The position numbers were made by a program, and so were the translations under genes. Positions 10,451 through 20,285 of a stretch of DNA of 64,000 bases are shown one piece after another; position 1 is the stretch's first letter, and every line of letters starts with the position of its first letter. This stretch comes from a virus, in IMG/VR virus record IMGVR_UViG_3300042154_002686, positions 16,562 to 80,561 of that record; one strand, 5' to 3'. The notes under the pieces were generated by a model. It saw nothing but the letters and a program-made list of their open reading frames with translations, made no database searches and had not been told where the DNA came from.

Positions 10451-11467
10451 TTATTTACCGCCTTGGTTTTTTCTGCGTTCCTTAATCTGTCGCATAACCT
10501 CTGCCGCCCTGTCCTGTGTTTCCTTCTTCTTTCTGTCCGCTTCCTGTCTCTGTTGGGCGATTTCTCTATCAATTCTTTCGCCCTGTTGGCGTAACTTTTC
10601 CCGAGCGGACTCTAACTGTCTTTCTGCCGCATCCTCTTCCCTTTTGTTTCGCTTTGGAGCCTTTGGAGCCTTTTCTCTCTTTTCAACACGCTTCTTTGTA
10701 CGCTGTGCGGTTGAGTCGTTTGTGCTTCTGCGAGCCTTGGGCGTAGCCTTCTTTGGAGTCGTCTTCTTCTTGGCAACAGGAGCCTTGCGTCTAGCCTTGG
10801 GCTTATTAGCCTTCTTTGCTCTCAACTTTGCGGCATTATCTCTTGCCGTCTGTCTGGCCTTTTTAAGTTTCTTATTGGTAGCCGCAGTCTTCTTCTTGGA
10901 TTCCGCTCTACGCTTTGCGTAAGCCGCTTGCTTCTTGCTGACTAAAGGCTTGCCTTGCAAGACCTTCTGCTTGTTGCGATTGGCAACCCGAGCACCTCTG
11001 GCAGTGCCATCCGAAGGGGTGTTGAAGGAAGCAGGAATGACAACACGCTTGCCACCCTTACGAGCACCACCACTGGAGACTTCGTCATCATTGTATCTGC
11101 GAACCGTTCCTCCCTTAAGTTTTTGGCCTTCTTGGTAAGGACCATAGTCAGAAAACTGCTGAACCCCAGGTTTCATCGTGCCTCTGCGTGTTCCGAGAAG
11201 TTCGTCTCTATTGTCTTCAGTAACCTTTGTTCTGGTGATTGAGCCGTCTTCGTTCTGAACGGCAATGATATCTCCGTTCTTAACATACTCTTCGGCTTCT
11301 CCGTATCCAATTTCGCCAGTTTCCTTACCTGCCGTGCCGAAGTTCGACTCACCAGTGTAAAGCATTCCAGCCTTGCCTTGGCGACGAAGTTCTGCGTTAT
11401 ACGCACGGGCTTTGCCCGCAGGGGTTAGCGAGCCGTCAGCCGCTTTATAGAATGTTCTTCCTGCCAT
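10451..11467 (-). CDS. Highly basic protein with histone H1-like C-terminal half (putative core/DNA-condensing protein)
   Basis: KKANKPKARRKAPVAKKKTTPKKATPKARR; between scaffold and capsid genes. Confidence 0.6.
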   Translation of the reverse strand: MAGRTFYKAADGSLTPAGKARAYNAELRRQGKAGMLYTGESNFGTAGKETGEIGYGEAEEYVKNGDIIAVQNEDGSITRTKVTEDNRDELLGTRRGTMKPGVQQFSDYGPYQEGQKLKGGTVRRYNDDEVSSGGARKGGKRVVIPASFNTPSDGTARGARVANRNKQKVLQGKPLVSKKQAAYAKRRAESKKKTAATNKKLKKARQTARDNAAKLRAKKANKPKARRKAPVAKKKTTPKKATPKARRSTNDSTAQRTKKRVEKREKAPKAPKRNKREEDAAERQLESAREKLRQQGERIDREIAQQRQEADRKKKETQDRAAEVMRQIKERRKNQGGK

Positions 11468-11535
11468 GTTTTTGTTGTATTATAGTTGGGTTGTGCCATG
11501 AATATGCATGGCTCATCCCGCTTGTCAAGCGGTAA

Positions 11536-12720
11536 TTAAGACCGCTTGGAACGGAGGACAGAAGAGGCGTGACGCTCGATGATTTGCTTGTTGTCGAGGT
11601 AGAACTTACGCTGTTCAACACCCTTGAGGGTTTCAAACTTCTTGTAAATGTCAGAGTCGGTTTCAGCGACAGGAGCCGTATCAACGGAGATTGCAACAGC
11701 CTCTGTCCCGTGGTTGGACACGATTTGAGCGGCCTTCTCTTCAACGGTCTTGGCAGACTTTTCGATGGTATTGACCTTGCTCATCAGCATTTCAAACTTT
11801 TCTTCAAGAGCCTTATACTTGGTGACCGCTTCTTCCTTGGCTCTGACCTCCATAGCCATGGTGGCTCTGGTGGAGTTGAGTTCTTCTTCGAGGGCGGCTG
11901 GCTTGGTGGCTGTCAAGGAAGCAAACTTTTTAGCAATCGCTTCAATCTTGGCATCAATGCTGTCGTCAACGACTTCAGCAACTGCGGCAGAAACTGACGC
12001 AGGAGTCTCGGCAGAGGCGACTGGTTCAACTTCTGCTTCCGAGGCTTGTGTTTCTGGGGTTGTTTCTTCGGCATTCTTTGGCTTTCCAAGTGGGTTTTCC
12101 TTGTGACGCTTTTGGTTGGGCTTGGCGAGGACGGTTTGGTTCTTGTTGATACCACCGAGGTCGTTGGCGGCATCTGGGCCGTCAACAGGCAACTTCTGCT
12201 CTGGAGGCATCTTCTTTGCCTTGGGCTCCTTTTCTTCGCCTTCATTCTCTTCTTCGTCTTCGTCATCGCAATCCTTCTTAGCCATCAACTTCTTTTCGTC
12301 CTTCATTTCTTCTTCGTCTTCCTTGAGATGCTCCTTCTTGTCCTTCTTGACCTGCTTCTTCTTCTTTTCTTCGTCATCTTCCATTTCTTCTTCCTGCTTC
12401 TTGATAGAGGCGGGTTCGGACTTTTCGTGCTTGGATTCGTCTTCGTCAACGCCTTCGGTCTTGGGGGCGAACATCTTGGAGTACTGGGCTTCCATGGCTT
12501 CAACCTTAGCACCAGTTGCCTTGTGGTAGTCCTTGATGTTGTTGTCCATCTCAAGAACCTTCTTCATGGCATCAGAGAGGCTCTCTTCCATCTTTCTCAT
12601 ACGCTCGGTATAAGTGTTGTTTTCTCCAGCAAATGTAGCGAACTTTTCGTCAAACGCCTTGGCTTGAGATTCCTGCGATTCGAGGAGTTGCTTGAGGAGA
12701 TTATCAATGGATTTGCTCAT
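11536..12720 (-). CDS. Capsid scaffolding protein
   Basis: 394-aa Glu/Lys-rich coiled coil between protease and capsid genes. Confidence 0.7.
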   Translation of the reverse strand: MSKSIDNLLKQLLESQESQAKAFDEKFATFAGENNTYTERMRKMEESLSDAMKKVLEMDNNIKDYHKATGAKVEAMEAQYSKMFAPKTEGVDEDESKHEKSEPASIKKQEEEMEDDEEKKKKQVKKDKKEHLKEDEEEMKDEKKLMAKKDCDDEDEEENEGEEKEPKAKKMPPEQKLPVDGPDAANDLGGINKNQTVLAKPNQKRHKENPLGKPKNAEETTPETQASEAEVEPVASAETPASVSAAVAEVVDDSIDAKIEAIAKKFASLTATKPAALEEELNSTRATMAMEVRAKEEAVTKYKALEEKFEMLMSKVNTIEKSAKTVEEKAAQIVSNHGTEAVAISVDTAPVAETDSDIYKKFETLKGVEQRKFYLDNKQIIERHASSVLRSKRS

Positions 12721-12782
12721 GTTTTAGTAGTGTGCTTATTGTTGAGTTATTGTCAACCGAAAAGGGCTCGGTTGCGTATAAA

Positions 12783-13757
12783 TTAGAGGCCGTTTCTTGC
12801 CATCAATTTAGATGTGACTTGGGAGTGAGCCATGTTCCTGTTCGCCTTAATCATGTCCTTGGCTTGCTTCCACTCATCAACGAGGGAGGTAGCCATGCCA
12901 ATCCGAACGGCTTCGTCCCCGTAGAACGACTGGCCTTGGAGGTTCTCTTCTTCCACGAAGGCACGAACTGACTTAACATCTCTGATAAAGCGTCTGTGCA
13001 GTTCAATCACCTCGTCTTGAAGACGCTGGAACTGGAGTGCGGTAAGGGGGAGGTGTTCAACGCCAGCGGCCTTGTAGTCGCCAGACTTAATGACAGTAAT
13101 CTTAACCCCATCCTTCTCGTACTTATCGCTTAAATCCTTGAGGGTAAGGTAGATGCCAACGGCTCCAATGCTTGAGGAAGGGGTGACCATAAGGCGGTCG
13201 CACTGAGAAGCCAGCCAGTATGCGGCTGAACCGCAATCGCCCTCGCAATAAGCAGTCGTAGCCTTGGGATAGTTTCTAATCTTCTTGGCAATTTCTTCAA
13301 GGCCAGTTGTCGAGCCACCGCCAGAATCAAACTTAAATACAACATCCTTCACATCTTCACGCTTTTCCCAAGCGTCAAGTGTGCAAGCAATGTCGCAAAG
13401 GTCGGTGCATCCAAGCATACGCTCAACCTTAGTCAAGCCCTTGCCGATTACGCCCTTCACATCAATGTATCCGATGTTATCATCAACCTTTGGCTCAAGG
13501 AGTTCTTGGAAGAAGTTCTCCAACTCTCCGCTTGAAGGGGAGTCATCGTCATCTCCCCAAGGAGAGCCAGCCCTTGACTTGCGACCACGCTTTTCGGTCT
13601 TATTGATATATTTGTCGGTCCATGCCGACATGTGGTAAGCAATATCTGGATTAGATAAGATTATATTTGCATTATCCAAGAAGGCTTGAGCCTTCAGTGG
13701 GTCGATGAGCATTGGTCGCCCAGCGGAGATTGCGTAACATAAGTCGTTTCTAATCAT
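12783..13757 (-). CDS. S49-family capsid maturation protease (lambda gpC-like)
   Basis: FDSGGGS, CGSAAYWLASQCD, SSIGAVGI, SGDYK motifs; start MIRND. Confidence 0.9.
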   Translation of the reverse strand: MIRNDLCYAISAGRPMLIDPLKAQAFLDNANIILSNPDIAYHMSAWTDKYINKTEKRGRKSRAGSPWGDDDDSPSSGELENFFQELLEPKVDDNIGYIDVKGVIGKGLTKVERMLGCTDLCDIACTLDAWEKREDVKDVVFKFDSGGGSTTGLEEIAKKIRNYPKATTAYCEGDCGSAAYWLASQCDRLMVTPSSSIGAVGIYLTLKDLSDKYEKDGVKITVIKSGDYKAAGVEHLPLTALQFQRLQDEVIELHRRFIRDVKSVRAFVEEENLQGQSFYGDEAVRIGMATSLVDEWKQAKDMIKANRNMAHSQVTSKLMARNGL

Positions 13758-13764
13758 AAGTTTA

Positions 13765-15456
13765 TTATCCGTTGTAAGAATTGTCAATCGGCTTTGAGCG
13801 GCCTTGGTTCTGCTTCGGCAAAGCCTCAACAGGATTCTCATTCCTTTCAATTGGAGAGACACCCTTTGAAACATCTGGGGGTGCTGTTTCTGGCTCAAGT
13901 TCGCCAACGGTATCCTTAATGTCCTCGTAAGCAAGACCCTCCTCAACAAGAGGATTTCTTGTGCTCTGTTCTGGGAGCGGATTGCCATCCTCGTCAACTT
14001 GAGGCTGGTTCTTGTTTCCGTTCATGCCCTCCATTCCTCCCTGCGGAGAGAATCTGAAGAGGTCATCACGATTGAGGCCAGTGTCCTTAGCCAACTTCTC
14101 AAGGAACAGGAAGTTCTTGGCTCTCTTACGCATGGTCTTTTCGTATTGATAACCTCTGGCCGCAAAGTCATCCTCAATGGTCGTTCTTCCCATTTCAAGG
14201 TCGGCTCGGTCAGAGACTGCGTCTCTTCCAGCATCAACAGTGACTGAGCGTGGGGTCATCCACTCAACCTTCCACCAGTTTCGGGCAGAGGGAAGGTCTC
14301 CACGGTTAATCTTAGTTCCGAGCCAATACTGGAAGTAAGGATTGAGGAACCGTTTGATAATTATATGCTGTCTATGCGTGAAATATCGTCCAGCCTTGGC
14401 AACGACAAGGCGGACAGATGCACCACCAGCCTTGGTTGGGTCAGCCAAGAACTCGAATGGTAGTGAGCCGAGGCATGAGTCTCTGCGAAGGTGCTCAATG
14501 AATCCAGTAAAGGCAGTCGTTGGGCGAGCAGATTGATGAGAGACAAGTTCCTCGTTTGGCTGAAGGACGGCAGTGACCCCACCAAGGATACGATTCATTT
14601 CAAGCGTATTAGTTGGCGTATTGCTCGTATTTGGAACTCCAAGACCAATGTCTCCATTGTCTGGACCAAGGTCGTTTGTCTTTAAAATACGGCTGATTCT
14701 GGCATTGTCCTTGGCGGCAACCTTCTCCATGGACAGCAGGTCCATTTCATCACGCAAATTGGTAATAGCATGCTGATGAGGGGGGTAGGCTCTTGAAGCA
14801 GATGCGTGTGTCGGATTGTAGACATGCATCATGGCGGACGCTGGAACTGGGGTAAACTCCCCATTCGACTGCTTAACATAGTAAACAGTTGGAACGCCAA
14901 ACTTATTATACTTAATTCCGTCATTTATAGACGGGTCAGAGACAAGGTTAAAAGGTGTCTCAACTCTATGAGTCTCAACGATTTGGAACTTTGGAATTCC
15001 GTTTCTTTTTGCTTTAATTAAGAAGATTTCACCATCTCTATCAAGTGCTTCGCAGATGATATAGAGGGATTCGAGCATCGAAAACCTTCCCGTTACCTCT
15101 GGGCTGTCGCATTCTTGGTCCCATTCGGCCTCAACAAGCGATTGCCAATCGAAATCGCCACCGTTACATTGCATCATTATTCCATCTCCGATGGAATAAA
15201 TTGCAGTATCCGAGATAATTTGACGGAATAAACCGTTATTTTTCTCAAGCCAGCGGGAAAGGCGAACCATTTCCCTTCTAACTGAGTCGGTTAATTCTAA
15301 TCTAAAATCGGTCGGTGCGGGAGCATCGACTCGAGTTCTATGAACAGACTGACGGGCGGATTCCCACGCACCCATGTACGCCTTTGGGCGTAGAGCGTTT
15401 GAGATAGCCAGTCTGGCTCTGTCAAAGAAACTTATTGGTTTTGGTGTATTGCTCAT
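13765..15456 (-). CDS. Portal protein, lambda family
   Basis: SRWLEKNNG, RDGEIF, DGIKYNKFGVPTVYYV motifs; position. Confidence 0.9.
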   Translation of the reverse strand: MSNTPKPISFFDRARLAISNALRPKAYMGAWESARQSVHRTRVDAPAPTDFRLELTDSVRREMVRLSRWLEKNNGLFRQIISDTAIYSIGDGIMMQCNGGDFDWQSLVEAEWDQECDSPEVTGRFSMLESLYIICEALDRDGEIFLIKAKRNGIPKFQIVETHRVETPFNLVSDPSINDGIKYNKFGVPTVYYVKQSNGEFTPVPASAMMHVYNPTHASASRAYPPHQHAITNLRDEMDLLSMEKVAAKDNARISRILKTNDLGPDNGDIGLGVPNTSNTPTNTLEMNRILGGVTAVLQPNEELVSHQSARPTTAFTGFIEHLRRDSCLGSLPFEFLADPTKAGGASVRLVVAKAGRYFTHRQHIIIKRFLNPYFQYWLGTKINRGDLPSARNWWKVEWMTPRSVTVDAGRDAVSDRADLEMGRTTIEDDFAARGYQYEKTMRKRAKNFLFLEKLAKDTGLNRDDLFRFSPQGGMEGMNGNKNQPQVDEDGNPLPEQSTRNPLVEEGLAYEDIKDTVGELEPETAPPDVSKGVSPIERNENPVEALPKQNQGRSKPIDNSYNG

Positions 15457-15704
15457 CTATCGACTTGTCTGTTGTAATTGGTTCTGAGTCCTCGGACTCG
15501 TCCATCTAGACTTCTAAGGGCATATTTTGCCTCATTTAGCATGTCTTGTGGTGGCATTGCGAACTGCTTACTTGCATTGGTGACTCCGTCACCATAAGAC
15601 ATAATTGTCTTACCTTCAAGGATTAATGCAACAGCCTTATCCCTCAATTGCTCGATTGTAGCACGGGGTAAACCGACAAAGATTCCGATTGCTGGTTGGG
15701 CCAT
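15453..15704 (-). CDS. gpW-like head completion protein
   Basis: 83 aa directly before portal; LEGKTIMSYGDG. Confidence 0.6.
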   Translation of the reverse strand: MAQPAIGIFVGLPRATIEQLRDKAVALILEGKTIMSYGDGVTNASKQFAMPPQDMLNEAKYALRSLDGRVRGLRTNYNRQVDR

Positions 15705-15731
15705 AATGTTTGCCCAATGTCAACAATAATC

Positions 15732-15896
15732 TTAGTTTTTGTCGCTTTTCTTCTTCAAGACCTCTCCGTAAACTTTTTCAAGTTTATTTCTAATTTCCTG
15801 TCTTTTCTTCTCGGAAACCTCAAACGGAGCGTTATTGGGGAGTCCGTCTACGGTGACTGACTTTTCCCTTTTTTGTGGCTTTTTGTTTTGACTCAT
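15732..15896 (-). CDS. 54-aa basic hypothetical protein
   Basis: MSQNKKPQKREK...KKKSDKN, translated by hand; fills the intergenic gap. Confidence 0.45.
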   Translation of the reverse strand: MSQNKKPQKREKSVTVDGLPNNAPFEVSEKKRQEIRNKLEKVYGEVLKKKSDKN

Positions 15897-15903
15897 AATC
15901 GTA

Positions 15904-16815
15904 TTATACAGGTGGAAGTGGTTTTGTCAAGGCTCTTTTGTCAAGAAGGTCTTCAAATCCTTTTCTTGGCGTAAATGTATAAGAAAGTCCCTTTTTCTGA
16001 GCCCAAGAAGATACAATTCTAAAATGCTCTATTGAGTGAGCCCGTCCGAAAGTGCCATTTCTAAACGACCCTCTTATCGCAGAGTATTTGTTCATAAGTT
16101 CTGATGATACTGCATGGAACTCGGTTTGCAGTTGCTTAATCTCTTTTAATGAAATCTTAACACGCTTATCTCGCTTGAGCGTATAAGTACCCTCCCGTCC
16201 AGTTGCTGTTATCTCTTTTAAAGCCTCTCGTCTAAACGAAAGAATATCTCCTGCATACCGTTTGTTTTCCATCATTTGATATATGCTCAAGCCCCCACCA
16301 AGCCTTGTATATGGATTTGTCGGGTGATTATGCAGGAATGTACCATTGGCTTCCATGCCCTCAACTGACCACGCTCCAACGGAATTTACAGTTCCAATGT
16401 TGTAGCCAATAAATCTATCATTCTTGTCAAATATAGCACAGTATTCAACTTCTTTTGAGTGAAACTCTTCAAGCAATTTTTCACGATTCCACTTGCTTGA
16501 CTTGTTGTGCAAGTCGCTTATCTTAAGTCCATCCTTTTCGTCTAAATAAGCCCTCACTGCCATTACCATTGCGAAATCCCATGTGTCTGCTTTGCCCTTC
16601 TTAAGCATCTCAGCAAGTTGCTCTGGGGTGTATGTTTTCTTTAAATGCTCAATTATGGCCTGTCTACGCTGTGCGTTTGAGAATAGACCGTTTCTATCGT
16701 AGCCATCAATGCTTTTCATTATGATAGACGCTTCCGATGCCAAACGCTGTAGTTGCAGTTCAGTTGGCTCAAGGACTCTTCGTCCGTTTTCTATCTTGTA
16801 TGTTCTTCCGCCCAT
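15904..16815 (-). CDS. JAB/MPN-like (HNHP) domain protein in head module
   Basis: EYCAIFD...GTVNSV...FLHNHP...LS...D pattern. Confidence 0.55.
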   Translation of the reverse strand: MGGRTYKIENGRRVLEPTELQLQRLASEASIIMKSIDGYDRNGLFSNAQRRQAIIEHLKKTYTPEQLAEMLKKGKADTWDFAMVMAVRAYLDEKDGLKISDLHNKSSKWNREKLLEEFHSKEVEYCAIFDKNDRFIGYNIGTVNSVGAWSVEGMEANGTFLHNHPTNPYTRLGGGLSIYQMMENKRYAGDILSFRREALKEITATGREGTYTLKRDKRVKISLKEIKQLQTEFHAVSSELMNKYSAIRGSFRNGTFGRAHSIEHFRIVSSWAQKKGLSYTFTPRKGFEDLLDKRALTKPLPPV

Positions 16816-17072
16816 TGTTTTTAAAAGTTAATAGATGCCGTTAAGACTTATGACCCACCGCTGGGTTTGAGCATTTCTGTTTCAAGAATCTTCGGCCATC
16901 TAAAGTGAAATGATGGTTGGTGGATTTAATCGAGGATAATACGGGGAATCATCAGAACAACCCACCAACATTTCTGCTGGGAAACCTCTTGTGCCGTTGC
17001 CGTACACAATCACCACCAAACCATCACATAACCAATGATGCACCTTTCAAGTCCGAATGCAAGCGGAAACTT

Positions 17073-18950
17073 TTAGTTGCTGTCTGGGTTCATGGTCTCC
17101 TCGACCTTATCCTGCTTACCCTCCTCTGGAGGGGTAAGCGTTTCAGATTGTGTAGTGAGTTCCTTTGGTACGCTCAGAAGGCCGAACGCCGCCGCTGGGA
17201 CAAGTTGCATGACCTCGCAGTCCCACAAGTGATTATGTCTGTTGCCAATACGCTTCCACTCTGGCTTTCCGCTAGAGTTCATCACACGGGCCTCAGACTC
17301 CATCTGCTCGATGTAATCCTGTCCGCAGTCTGACGGGCAGGTGTGACGGCCAGTCTTGCGTAGACGGCTAAGTTGGTCCTTGAGGGCCAAATTAGAGAAG
17401 TGGTGCACTCGCACAACCCCAGTTCCTGCATTGACAAGGCGAGCAGGTGCGTATGTCTTGTTAATGGTTCTCATCCCGCCAGCGGTCTGAACCTTCCACG
17501 GAAACTCGCCTCGCTGGTCACCACGAAGGGCGGTAAAACCAAAGATGCCACAGTTTCTGATAACATCGTCAAATTGGTCACCACAGTCAACATAGACCAG
17601 AGCCTTGTGCACTCCATTTGCCTTTGCGTAATCATCCACATCATTCCAAGTAGACTGGAACTTCCAACGCTTCATTCGGCTAGTCCCACCCTCGGCCCAA
17701 GAACGGATTAAGCAGTAGAATCCAGTTCTTTGCACATCGACAGTCATAAACCTTGTGGGAATCTGGTCTTTTATTTCCTTGTCAGTATTGACCTTCTTTG
17801 TGGCTGGGTTAATTAACGCCTCAAGTTCCCATTCGTCTCCCTGCTTGTAGTCTCCAATAGACTGGAGGGTGTCAAACGCATCTGGGGCATCTGACCAGAA
17901 CTCCGCCAACTGCTTCTGCTTAAAAATACGCATTGGGCCCGAGTCGCCATTTAAATCTAAAATTAGTTTTGCACGAATGAAGGACTCAGCCGCACCACCC
18001 CATGAGCGAGCCGCAAGGCAATTCCATGTGTAGCCAGCATTATACTCAGCCGCAGTTGGATTGGTCACCGCATAATACCCCTGCTGGTTCATCTCGTCTC
18101 GGTTAGCCCTGCTATCTCTGAATTGGTGCTTACACCCCGCACATTCGTAAGTGGTGTCGGTTCTGATTTTGTTAAAATCATACTCCCCCTCAAACACCAT
18201 GGCATCCACGGGTAGGCGTATCTGCTCCCACTTCCACTCCTGCCCATGGTTGCATCGGGGGCACTTAAACGACCACACACGCTTATCGGTCGTATTCCAG
18301 ACCTCCTCGGTCTCATCTCCTTGGTGGCCTCCCTGTGACATGAAAATACGCTTTCCAAGCCACCCGAATGAGGTAACACGGGCCGTACACTCGGCCAAGT
18401 GGCCTTTTGGGTAGAGCCAAGTCTCGTCAGCCACCAGCCATCTTATGGAGCGTCTCTGGAGGTTCTTTTCATTGAACGCCCCCAGACACCAAAGCGTCAT
18501 GTCGTTGGTCTGGACGGTATTGGATTTAGCCTTCTCCTCCCCCTTGTTTAACTTGCCCATGACCTGCGGGACATTCTCCCACAGCACCCGAAGACGGGTC
18601 TTCATCCAGTCAGCCGCATTTGCATCCGTATCGTTAAGATAAAGTGTCGGGGCTGGCTGTCTGGCTAAAATATAGCAACTCAACATCTCAGCCGCAAGCG
18701 ACTTGCCAGACTGAATCGGGGCAATAATCTGAGTTAGTCTTTTCTCTGGGTCGGCAAACGAACGGAGTGGCTCTGCGAGCCACGGAGTCTCCTTGACTCG
18801 AAAGCCAGCGGGCATCGGGGAGAACGGAATAGACCGAATGTTGTTCTCAAGCCACGACACGATATCGCCACCCTCGTCTGGCTTGAACACCCGCCTCATG
18901 CGAGCCTCAAGCGAGTCGATAAGTTTAATCTTTGGCTCTGTGTCTATCAT
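17073..18950 (-). CDS. Terminase large subunit, GpA family
   Basis: Walker A APIQSGKS, Walker B LVADE, CPRC/CAGC zinc motif, TVDVQ and NHLWDC nuclease motifs. Confidence 0.93.
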   Translation of the reverse strand: MIDTEPKIKLIDSLEARMRRVFKPDEGGDIVSWLENNIRSIPFSPMPAGFRVKETPWLAEPLRSFADPEKRLTQIIAPIQSGKSLAAEMLSCYILARQPAPTLYLNDTDANAADWMKTRLRVLWENVPQVMGKLNKGEEKAKSNTVQTNDMTLWCLGAFNEKNLQRRSIRWLVADETWLYPKGHLAECTARVTSFGWLGKRIFMSQGGHQGDETEEVWNTTDKRVWSFKCPRCNHGQEWKWEQIRLPVDAMVFEGEYDFNKIRTDTTYECAGCKHQFRDSRANRDEMNQQGYYAVTNPTAAEYNAGYTWNCLAARSWGGAAESFIRAKLILDLNGDSGPMRIFKQKQLAEFWSDAPDAFDTLQSIGDYKQGDEWELEALINPATKKVNTDKEIKDQIPTRFMTVDVQRTGFYCLIRSWAEGGTSRMKRWKFQSTWNDVDDYAKANGVHKALVYVDCGDQFDDVIRNCGIFGFTALRGDQRGEFPWKVQTAGGMRTINKTYAPARLVNAGTGVVRVHHFSNLALKDQLSRLRKTGRHTCPSDCGQDYIEQMESEARVMNSSGKPEWKRIGNRHNHLWDCEVMQLVPAAAFGLLSVPKELTTQSETLTPPEEGKQDKVEETMNPDSN

Positions 18951-19162
18951 AGAAAACGAATGGTCTCAACCGTCTCAATAAAACGCACCCCTTCATCAAT
19001 CCCGTCAAGGATTACGAAAGATTTATATTCCTGCTCAACCTTGGTTGTATCTTGCAAGAGCACAATGCGGTCTTTATCCACCCAAGTTTCAATTACCATA
19101 TTCTCTGGTCTTCCAGAGTCCTCTTTGGGAAGGAACATATTTAACTTTATAAAATTACTCAT
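18947..19162 (-). CDS. Hypothetical protein
   Basis: Overlaps the small terminase stop and the large terminase start; start MSNFI. Confidence 0.55.
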   Translation of the reverse strand: MSNFIKLNMFLPKEDSGRPENMVIETWVDKDRIVLLQDTTKVEQEYKSFVILDGIDEGVRFIETVETIRFL

Positions 19163-19910
19163 TGGGCTCCTCCTTAATCTCGTCAAGATTCTCAACCACT
19201 TCCGCATCCCCATCGCCCAGTGCAACTGCCGCACTACGCTCCGACTCGGGTATCTCTGGCATCTCAACATCTGGCAATGGCTTAACCGCAATGTCGCTTA
19301 ATTCAACCTTCGGATTGTACTCCGAAATCTTGCGGAACACATCGTCTCGAAACTCTCTAAACGCCTTCAATGCCTTCGGGGGATTGTCGGGATTAGCCTG
19401 TGGTGCAACCGTCAGTTCGGCTCGCTCAATCAACGCCCGCAACTCGCCCAAAATCTTCCCAAACCGTTGCCCAGCCTCGTCAGCATCCACCAACCGCCCT
19501 TGCTCCTGCAACCGTATATGACGCTCCCTCTCCAGTCGGAGCAGGGTGGCTATCGCTCGGTCATAGTTTCCGTAAAGTTTACTTTGGCTCGGGTCACCAC
19601 TTGCCACCGCTTGCTCAAAGGTGCTTCTCGTCATCTCAACCAACGCCATCTGCTGGTTGATTCTCGTGTCCATCTCGCTGTCCCCTGTCGAGTTACTAAC
19701 ACTCGCAAGTATCTCGTCCAGTCGAGCCAAGTTCAACGGCTGAACGGGAACTGAAATGTGACCAGCAACCTCGTTGTCCGTCTTACGCTTCTCCCTCCAT
19801 GCCTTAGCCGCTTCAACGCTATCAACTGGCATCCCTTGTTGAGCCAATTGCGTAACCCGAACCCGTGAAATTCCCAACTCCTTACCCAAATCTTCGTGAG
19901 TTAATGACAT
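19155..19910 (-). CDS. Terminase small subunit (Nu1-like)
   Basis: N-terminal wHTH (EDLGKELGISRVRVTQLAQQGMP) and ERERHIRLQEQGRLVD coil; upstream of large terminase. Confidence 0.85.
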   Translation of the reverse strand: MSLTHEDLGKELGISRVRVTQLAQQGMPVDSVEAAKAWREKRKTDNEVAGHISVPVQPLNLARLDEILASVSNSTGDSEMDTRINQQMALVEMTRSTFEQAVASGDPSQSKLYGNYDRAIATLLRLERERHIRLQEQGRLVDADEAGQRFGKILGELRALIERAELTVAPQANPDNPPKALKAFREFRDDVFRKISEYNPKVELSDIAVKPLPDVEMPEIPESERSAAVALGDGDAEVVENLDEIKEEPNE

Positions 19911-19914
19911 AATG

Positions 19915-20285
19915 TTGCGTTATATGTGATTTTACCGCAGTATTACCGAGTTTTGGCTGAACGCCCCTTCTATTAACCCAGCGGGGGCGGGGGTGGAATA
20001 ATAGATTCCTTTGACGGGGGGTGGGGTGGGTGGCATGGCATTAATCCACACTGAGTATGATGTGTGAGGCACGGTGTTTGTGTAATGGAATTGGGCTTGT
20101 GGGCGTGTTGTGTGTTCGTCTGACACGATGATTGCATCTGCGTGTACAATGCCCCCTTGGGGCATTTGTGATGGCATTACGCCATCAATGACATGTATAG
20201 TGTCAATGTAAGTTACTGTGTGCATTATGTAATAGAATGTAATAGCAAAGTCAAGCGAGCAGAGGGGGGGGCGGGGGGGGTCACT
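19915..20285. other. Candidate cos/packaging region
   Basis: G-run-rich gap without a credible ORF directly upstream of small terminase, where cos lies in lambda-like phages. Confidence 0.4.

Larger units (their letters stand above)
5117..15723 (-). promoter_or_regulatory. Repeated late-gene motif TTGACA, usually followed by CAA 4-7 nt later (10 copies)
   Basis: Plus-strand TGTCAA at 5117, 5575, 8793, 9139, 9369, 10402, 11523, 12751, 13782, 15718, each 12-55 nt before a structural start codon. Confidence 0.7.
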
